Source: Octopus vulgaris (lineage: Eukaryota). Taken from it: DNA of 64,000 nucleotides. The notes under the pieces were generated by a model. That model did no database searches. It was given only the letters and a program-made list of their open reading frames with translations, and was not told the DNA's origin. A program made the translations under genes and the position numbers. The stretch lies in the NCBI GenBank assembly GCA_951406725.2, contig OX597830.1, forward strand, positions 53,382,001 through 53,446,000, in the 5' to 3' direction. Position 1 is the stretch's first letter. Every line of letters starts with the position of its first letter. Below are positions 54,925-64,000 of the stretch, in pieces.

Positions 54925-55924
54925 GGGGGGGAACAGAATTTTCTAAATTCTACTGCATTCACAACAGCATCAAACTGTAAGCAGCAGTAGTAGTATCAGT
55001 TGTATTATAAAGACAGTTAGGGGTTATTTACCACCACCACCACCACTATCACCCCTACCCTATTATCTTCCTTCTATCTCGCTACCTTTCCTCCCCCCAC
55101 CCAATTTCTGCTGAAAGAGTAGTAGTAGTACTACCGCTGCTGCTAATACAACTACCTCTATTACTATTATTACTAACAGTACTAAGGCTACCAATGTTGT
55201 TGAGGGAGGAACAGAAAGAGGCAATAATGGAACGAAGTAACAGTAATAGTAGTAGTAGTTGTAGTACTAGTAAAATTAATAATTATTGTGGGCGCTGGCG
55301 GCGGTGAGAAAGAGTAACAGTGAGAGTATGAGGAAGAGGAGGTGTAGGAGTAAGAGTAATAATTAGAGTAGGAGGAAGGGAATAAGTGAAGGGGTAACAG
55401 TTAAAGAGGGAGGGGTATCGAACAACCCCCTCCCCCGGGAGGAGTAAGTGGTATAACAACATCGAGCAGCAGCAGGAGCAACAGCAGTAAATATAGTGGT
55501 AGTAGTAGTAGTAGCAGCAGCAAAGAGGCAGTAGTAAGAGGAATTGCCCTACGACGTAAAGGGAGGAAAGAACACCCTCCTCTCAGCTCCCACCCGAGAG
55601 TAGGAGGAAAATCAACATCAAGCATCAGCAGGAGCAACTAGCAGCAAGGAGGAGAGTCGTGGTAGCAGCAGCAGTAAAAGAAGAACAAGAATAAGAAGTA
55701 GTGATAGTAATAGTAAGAGGAGGCGAAGAGCCAAGTGATGATGACACATGTCAACACCACCACCACCATCACCAGCACTAGGAGCAGTACTAGCAGCACC
55801 GCCGCCACCACCACCACCTCTGCCATCTCCGCCGCCGCTATCATCATTACCACCAGCACCACCACACTGATGCCATCGTGGAACCAGGTCATTCTATTTA
55901 AACCATTTCAATGACTTTCTCAAC
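54560..55924 (+). other. Low-complexity trinucleotide-rich putative promoter/5' UTR of the signal-peptide gene
   Basis: (AGT)n, (AGC)n, (GGT)n, (CAC)n and AGG runs, free of recognisable transposons, directly upstream of the exon; contains uORFs at 55738-55914 and 55748-55870. Confidence 0.45.
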
Positions 55925-55976
55925 ATGTTTTTTATCATCAAGTCTTTGTTACTCTGTGGATTAATTTGTTTCGGAA
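55925..55976 (+). CDS. Probable first coding exon of a secreted or cell-surface protein (signal peptide MFFIIKSLLLCGLICFG)
   Basis: ATG, Lys, then a hydrophobic core, ending exactly at a consensus donor A|gtaagt in phase 1. In-frame stop upstream (55868). Downstream exons not identified. Confidence 0.6.
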
Positions 55977-56501
55977 GTAAGTACATCGTTTCTTTTTAAC
56001 GGTCCAATACTTTCCACCCCACCTCCGCACCATTTTTCTAATAGTTCTTTGGCATGCATGCCTCTGTGTGTGTGTGTATATGTATGTGATGTGTGCACGT
56101 ATCATGTATGTATGTGTGTGTGTGTAAGTTATGTATTGTGTATGTATATATCTGTATGGAAGTTATGTATGTTAATATGTGTGCCTTCTCATGTACATGT
56201 TTCCTTGTGCTTGCTTTGTGTTGGTTGTAAAGATTTATATAGATATGTCTATGTATATATCAGCGAAAGTGCTGTGTATATGTATATACAAAAATATATA
56301 GTTTTACATGTTTACTAAAATTCAAGTGTGGTCGATTTTCTTTCATCTTAACTATGCTTAATGAAAACTGTGTCAGCAAATGTATATATATATATATTTG
56401 CAAACTTATATATATAAACACACCTTAATGGACAATGTACCTAATATACTTTTTTGTTGATTAGTAACAAATTATAAATATACACACATACATTATATAT
56501 T

Positions 56502-56541
<40 letters not shown>

Positions 56542-56697
56542 GTATGTGTGTATATTATGATTTGTGTGTGTGTGCATAATGTATATGTTATGGATTTACA
56601 TGCAGAATTATTAAGGTGCTCACTGCATGCTTCTAAAGGAGGGGGAGTGTCTCTTATTACATGTATAAGTAACTAGATCACTCAATCCATAACACAA

Positions 56698-56731
<34 letters not shown>

Positions 56732-56859
56732 TGCATATAGTATATGGGCGGCATGAATGATTGTTAAAGGTGTAAGTGTGGGGGTATATAGATATGTGTG
56801 TGTGTATATAAACATGATTATATATATATATAAAATATTTATATGTGATATAAACAATC

Positions 56860-57262
56860 ATATATATATATATATATATATAAACATATATATAAACATC
56901 TTATATATATATAAACATCTTATACATACATAAACATATATATATATAAACAGCTTATGTATACATAAACATCATATATATATATATAAACATCACAAAC
57001 AAATATATGTAAACATATATATATAAACATCACACATACACAAGCATCTTATATAAAAGTCATATATATTATATATATAAGCATCTTATATATTATATGT
57101 ATATGCATATTTATGTTATATATATATACATCTTTATATATATATTATATATAAGCATCTTTATATATATTATATATAAGCATCTCATATATATTATATA
57201 TATAAACATCTTTATATATATTATATAAACATCTAATATATTACGTATATAAACAATCTTGC

Positions 57263-57303
<41 letters not shown>

Positions 57304-57310
57304 TATAATC
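56860..57310. repeat. AT-rich minisatellite, unit approx TAAACATC(T)TATATA
   Basis: Repeated taaacatc / taagcatc motifs separated by TA runs. Confidence 0.8.
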
Positions 57311-58058
57311 TTATATATAAGTCATGTATATGTATACAAACATGGTCATCTATGAGTATTAACTTAATACATACATATGTATGTGTGTGTATATATATAT
57401 ATATATATATAAACAAACATACACATGCCAACATACATCGATTGCCAACCTCCCTTGGCATTTTTCGTTATTTTTGCTCAGGTAAACTGCACAAGAAACT
57501 CCGAGTACTGACAGTCATTGATCTCAGCCCTATAATAAATATGCGTATCTTCACAGAAATTCGCTCGTCATTTATATGTCATGTCATGTTTTTCTTTTAT
57601 ATACATACGAATGCGTATACATACACACACACAAATACGTGTGTGTATGTATACATACATACACAGAATGTATTTCTTTTTATATATTTTTGTGCAAAAT
57701 AGATAATATGCTTCTAAGTTTGTTTTATTAAACGCTAGCATGTGATGAGGGAGTGTGTTTAGGATATATAAATATGTGTATATAGATAAAACTGGTTTGT
57801 TTAATCCATGACATAGATTTATTCCGGGTGGTAGTTGTGATCTAGAAAGTCGAGAAAAACAAAACATTGTGACCCAGAAGGCATTTATGATGTATATATA
57901 TATGTGTGTGTGTGTGTATATATAATATACACATACACATATGTGTGTGTGTATATATATAGGCATATATGTATGTATATACATATATATATTACGGCGA
58001 GTATATATGGATATTATGTGTTGAAGATAAATATATAATGCATATGTCTCTGTCTCTC

Positions 58059-58090
<32 letters not shown>

Positions 58091-60649
58091 CTTGGCTCTC
58101 TAGCATCGTTCATTTTTATGGATTTTTCCATCCTATTTACAACTATTACAAACCTCTTTAAACTTACATATATATATATATAACATACTTATATAAAAGC
58201 ACTGTAGCCCACACATACACAAACATAACACTGATAGTCTTGTGACTTCAGAACCACAGTTGCTCGTTACATCCTGCGACTGGGAACCTCTAAATGTAAA
58301 TAGGATTTCATGAGAAATCAGAAACCGATAAATATTCCCAAGCACTGTACATATTTCGGTGCTCTAGCATGGCTTAGAAGCGTTACAGTTGTTGGGACCG
58401 ACTAAAGAACATGGTACACTGTAGCTGTTCATGATTCTTTTTACCGTTTGACCCAATATCAACATGCATGGTTTACAGATAATCACCTCTCTTTTCTCTG
58501 ACTCTCTTTCCCCGCCTCCTTCCATATTGCACTGTATGTCCACAAGCTCACATTAAAGAAATATTTATTGCTAGAGATTGTTAGCAAGTCATATTGTTAT
58601 TGTTGATTTCACCATTTTATTCTATGTAAACTCTCATTCTTTACTTGTACTGTTCCAACACTTTTGTCCTTGTGGCCTATAAAAGAAATCATTATTAGTA
58701 TTATTATTATAGTGGTATTTAGTTTCGTCCTTCTGGGTTTTCTAGACGCCGAAATCATCCTGGAAATAGATTCAATTAAGTTGTCCCTCATAGATAACTG
58801 TGGCCATGTGCCTAACTCAAAGTGAAAATCTTTATTTATATTACTACTACAGCTTTAAAATTATTTCATCGTCTGAGTTTAAATCCCGCTGGGATCAACT
58901 TTGCCTTTCACTCTTCTTTGCTCGACAAAAATTTGTAACAGTCAAGTACTTGAGTCAATTATGTAGACTTCACCTCTCTCCCAAAATATATATATATATA
59001 TTGCTCTGTGCTAATGCTAGCATCATTGCTGCTACTACAATCATCACTGTACTGGAGTTTTGTTTTCTACACCTGTCTCTTACGTTAAATTGGAGTCATG
59101 CTTACGATAGAATTTGTTTATGTCCGTGACTTACACATGAATCTCGCGCAATCTGGTTTCCTGTCTCTTATAAAAATCTGAGGTTTGATCCCTCATGTTC
59201 CGGTTTCGATTTCCGAGTTAGAGCCATTTCTATTTATGTCGCCAATGGCACTATTGTCATAACTTTTAGTTCCCTAGCTACCATATAAAGTCTATTGTAC
59301 TGTGTTAAAGGAAAGAAAGTGTTAGAAAGAGCAGGGCGCCATAAAATTTTCTGTGCGAGTTCAAATCCCTGATAGGATGAATTTTATTTTTCATCGTCCT
59401 TCGTAATCGCCAGTACAAGTACCACAAGACATGTAGTGGGGCCGGTTGAGTCAATTGACTAAACCTCTTATAATAGGATGGATGGCCTTGTTCAAACATA
59501 AGAAACCATTATTATTGTTACTTGCAAATTGCGGAGACAATAGCAGAATAAGAAGAACATCATGCTTTAAAAAGGGAATTAGCCTAAAAAGCAATCGATA
59601 TTTTGATAACAAGTTATGTAGTTAAACATATTAAAACCACCAACAGAATTTTTTGTTGTTGTTGTTATGGTGTAATTATTTACATAAGAAATGCTTGTTG
59701 TAAGACTGACACACTCTAACAATGTTCTATTGAAAAGTTTTCAACAGCCTATGTAATATTTGATTGAGTTTTGTTTCTTCTTTCCTCTGGTTATTTCTAC
59801 GTAAATGATGCCGATGTTGATAATACTACAAAATATTTGTTCTTGCTACATGTAGTCGGTTTATTTTATTTCTGTTCTCTACTTAGATTTCTCTTTTAAT
59901 TCTTAGTGATTCCTTCTTCTGATTATAATCAACATAATGCAACAAAAATGATTTCTTATTCTTCTTTTTAAACCATTTAAAGCTCGTTTAACACACACAC
60001 ACTCATACAAAAAGAAAGCTGAACTCTACTTCCACACTGAAACTAGTACGTTTTTTCTTTTTTTTTTTTCTTTCGGTATTCCCAAGTTAAACAGTTTCTA
60101 ATCAACATTAGTGTGACCCAGTAAACTATTGTTGATAGTGGGCTGCTGCTGGTGAGAAATACCTACTCTGTTGTATTCAATGCTGGTCACGAAATGGGGG
60201 AGCGATCGCAAAGGAAATAATTACTGCAAACTGAACACCGACTTTGTAACCAAGCACTTGTTTCTGACAGTTATCACCCTCACCCCCATCGCTTTCACAA
60301 CCACCACTACTACTACTAATAATAATAATAGTGATGACGGTGATAATAATAATATGAGCTGGTATAAATGGAACTCTCTGCTTGTGACCTATTTACTGCT
60401 CTTTCGTTTTGTTAGGCCTTAAAGCAAGCCACTGGGCTTTGCAAGGGGAAGCGGGCCATTTTCTTTTTTATTTTAGTAAGAAGTGACTGGGGGGAGGCAG
60501 CCAGAGAAGTCAATAATGTTGAATCAAGTTTAAGGGGAGCACCTTATAGGCTTTTAAGACCCCTCCGTCTATTTTACAACTGATGAGCTTGAATTTATGG
60601 TGTTTTGTTTTTAAATTAACAATTTTTATTCTTCAACATAGTATGCGTT

Positions 60650-60935
60650 ATGTGTGTGTGTGTATGTCTGTGTACATATATATATATATGTGCGTGTATA
60701 TATATATGTATATGTGCGCGTGTATATATATATATATGTGCGTGTGTATATATATATGTATATGTGTATATATATATATGTATATATGCGTGTGTATATA
60801 TGTATGTGTATGTATATATGTGTATACATTTGTGTGCATATGTGTATATATTTGAGTGTGTGTATATATATGTGTGTATATGTGTCTATATATGTATATG
60901 AGTGTGTGTGTGTATAATTATATATATATATATAT
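60650..60935. repeat. Alternating purine-pyrimidine (TA/TG) compound microsatellite
   Basis: Direct reading; source of several spurious ORFs. Confidence 0.95.
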
Positions 60936-63900
60936 GATTTCCGCTTCTGCCTTAGCATTCCAGTTCGTTGACCTCATTGTGGTTAATCATTGTCTTCACA
61001 AGATGTCCATTTCCCCCCCTTATTTCTTCATTACTTTCTCCATTCATCCTTTCACAATCTGGATTATTAAAAAGCGATTTTCTTCTTTGAAAAACATTTT
61101 GTGTGCTAGTGTAAATAGGAAAGGGTTATAGTGGACGTTTGATTTATTTTTATACACCTTTATAATTTACTTGTCACTGGCATTACATACATACATATAT
61201 ATATATATATATACACGTATGTTATGTATAGTGTATGTTTTATATCTATATATTCTCTATTATTATTATTAAAAGCCAAAAAATGTTTTACATTTGTAAT
61301 AATTTTCCATTTTCATTTTACTATTTCGTTCATCATGTGAAATATTTTGAGTGTGAATTGTATTGAGAAAGAGTCAGTCAGAGAGAGGGGGAGAGAGAGA
61401 GAATATCATTCTCTCTTCCATCCATCCATCCATACTCTATAGCTATGCCTGTATCTGGAGAGGCAGGCATCGGAAGAAGGTCGACTCATCTAACAACTAT
61501 GACCTACATCTCAGAAACATGGAGAGCAATGCCTTTGCTATTATAACCTTACAGCTACCACAGCTTCTCTTCTCGCTGGCTTTTTCCATTTGTTTCTTTA
61601 TATTATTCTTTACCTAGTCTTTTTTGTTTCTTCCGGGTTAAGTATGTTTTAACAAATAACTAGACTAGTTTTTTTTTTTTTTTTCAAATTTCTTTTAAAC
61701 TTTTTAACTGGATTATTTAAAAGATATCTTAATCTTATTGGCGCTAAAAAAATTGTGTGTGTGTGTGTGTATAAAAATAAATAAATAAATAAATAAATAG
61801 AGTCCATTGAAGATTTCCTGGTAATTTTTTTTTTAATCAGGAAAGACCTCGCCGAAAATTGGCCAGAATTCCCGTCCTGTTTGTACTTGGTTGTGGCGCT
61901 CGAAATACATGCACACATACACACACGTTCATCATACCATTTTCACGTGGTCTGTTTTGGGGGAAAATAATACACGGTTTTCATATTTATTTATAAAACA
62001 TTTTCTGGCTTTTGAGAATTTAAGAATTTAATTTTCCCCCTTTCTTTCTTTGGGAGTATAACTGTAGTTTTGGACTTTTTAAAATTCTTAGGGGGCTCAA
62101 CTAACGACCTTCTAAAATGCAACAAATCTGTTATTAAACATTTAATAATTATTGACATGAGTTTATTCTTTAAATGTTTATTTATAAAATGAGGGGCTTT
62201 TTCGTGTAATGGTTTGCGATGGGTGGACTAAACGTGAGGGATTTGCATGTAAGCACATGACATCGTTATTATTTAACCCCAGGTCAATCCCGATCATGCA
62301 AACGAGTTGCAACCAAAAAAGCTTTCCATCTATGCGCATCCAATCTTTTTTTTATTCCCTCACATCAGGGACTACATTGTGTTTATTTTATATCAATTTT
62401 TTAAGTCGGTAAAGTATGGTTTTGGGGAGATTTAGCTGTTATTTTTAGTAGATCTAGCGACCACAGGAGTTCCCTTGGCTCGTTTCGTCTTATATGCACG
62501 ACGAGAACTAAAATTTTCCATGTTCCAAGTTTTCATATGAATCTTTTCTCTTCTGTCTTCTCTCCAACCAAGTGGTTTCAAAAATGTTGATTCAGAAGAT
62601 GGAAGAGAAAACATGGAACCTGGTAAATGTTTGTCATCTCCTGCCAGAGTTCCATGGAATGTCTGATGGGATTAGACATACACACACCCAACTGCTTATC
62701 ATTGGAACCTGCCATTAAAGCTGTTTGCTGCTAGGTTTCATAACTTTCTATTGGAATCGGACGGATCATTATTTTCGTTTGTTGGTTTTTCTCTGGAATA
62801 CGAATCGCCAAACTCCATCCATCCTTTTTCGTCTCGTATGCATGGCAATCGAATGGCCAGATACAGCAATATAATTTTTTTGAATATATCGATATTCATT
62901 TATTGTGTAGGCTGTAGTCACTAGTTCAGTCAACTGCAGTATATTACTGATATTTTGTATTATCGATCCTGGAAGAATAGACACTTAAAGCGCTTATAAC
63001 AGCAACATGATTCCAGAATCGAGGGGGACAGATAGATTTTATTTCAATAATGGCTTATGATTTCGACAGAAGCCTCGCAATTTTTAGGGGAGGTGATTAA
63101 TCGTTGCAGTCGACCCATTCTTGAACTTGTACTTTATTTTATCGAACCCAAAAGAATTCAAAGCTAAACCGTGGCAGAATTTGAACTCAGAACGTAAAGT
63201 GTCCTAACTAATACAGCGGGTATTTCCCCCGATGTTGTAACCATTCTGTAAATTCGAATGAGTGGTTGGAAGTTCGATTGCCAGGTGGAGCCATTTCCTG
63301 TATTTTGAGAGAGAGAGAGAAGAAAAAAAAAAGAAAGAAAAGGAAGCTAATATGTCTCACGTGAGAGCTTCATTAAAAGATCCCGCATGTTTATCGGAGA
63401 AAGAAATGATTACGGTGACAATAAACAAATTATAGAATGAAGCTATTACCATTTCCTCAAAAATGGCCTTTTGTATACATTGTTTTGTGTTGTTGCTAGT
63501 CTATAAGAAAACAGAATATGTTTTGGTTAAACATTAACCTATGTTTTTGATTTTATTGGTCCACCACGGGGAATGTAAAATTACACTTTCTAAAGCAAGT
63601 GGTTTTTGGATCTTTGCTCTTTTAGTTGTTGAATTTAATTGATTCTATCACTCCATGATGCGATGATGCTTCTGTCTTGTCCAACCTCTCAGTTATATCT
63701 GCCTCGATAAACTTACTACATTCTTCTTTGTAAGAATTTCATATATACATTATATCTGCCTATCACACACGCAAGCATATACATATCATGTATAAAGAAA
63801 TGTGGTAGTTTGCGTCAGCAAAAATTAATCAATTGTGAAGTTCCTAAATTCGGAGAAACTGATACATTAAACTTAATTTTTTATTATTAAAATAGGGTTT

Positions 63901-64000
63901 GTTCTAATATAATTTCAGAATCATAATGTTAGAGAGAAAAATGGGGTGGTCGAACAACGAATTTCTATTGGTCTTGTTCACCTTCAGTATAGTCAGGTGC

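Noticed and set aside
62571-62622. Possible plus-strand second exon for the signal-peptide gene
   Set aside because: Weak AAG acceptor and GTAAAT donor, and no recognisable domain.

Overview
AT-rich, microsatellite- and repeat-dense animal genomic DNA. The SINE families and repeat make-up resemble an octopus (coleoid cephalopod) genome; this is inference, not verified. Left end: four coding exons of a minus-strand SLC22-type organic cation/MFS transporter gene (ATG at 7382, 3' half off the window). Right end: a probable plus-strand first exon with a low-complexity 5' leader and a 17-codon signal peptide ending at a phase-1 donor (55925-55976). Between them lie transposons: a full-length Tc1 (DD34E, IR/DR ends, open transposase ORF), a decayed DD37D element, four non-autonomous Helitrons, hAT/piggyBac-type MITEs, foldbacks, Tx1/RTE/CR1 LINE fossils and many SINEs. 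The most interesting unannotated signal is two families of minimal hammerhead-ribozyme motifs with non-canonical cores (G3-C8 swap; U4C). They mostly sit in ~170-230 bp palindromes next to (TA)n tracts, as expected for Penelope-like retroelement termini. Most computed ORFs are microsatellite or SINE artefacts. Repeat boundaries were read by eye and are approximate.
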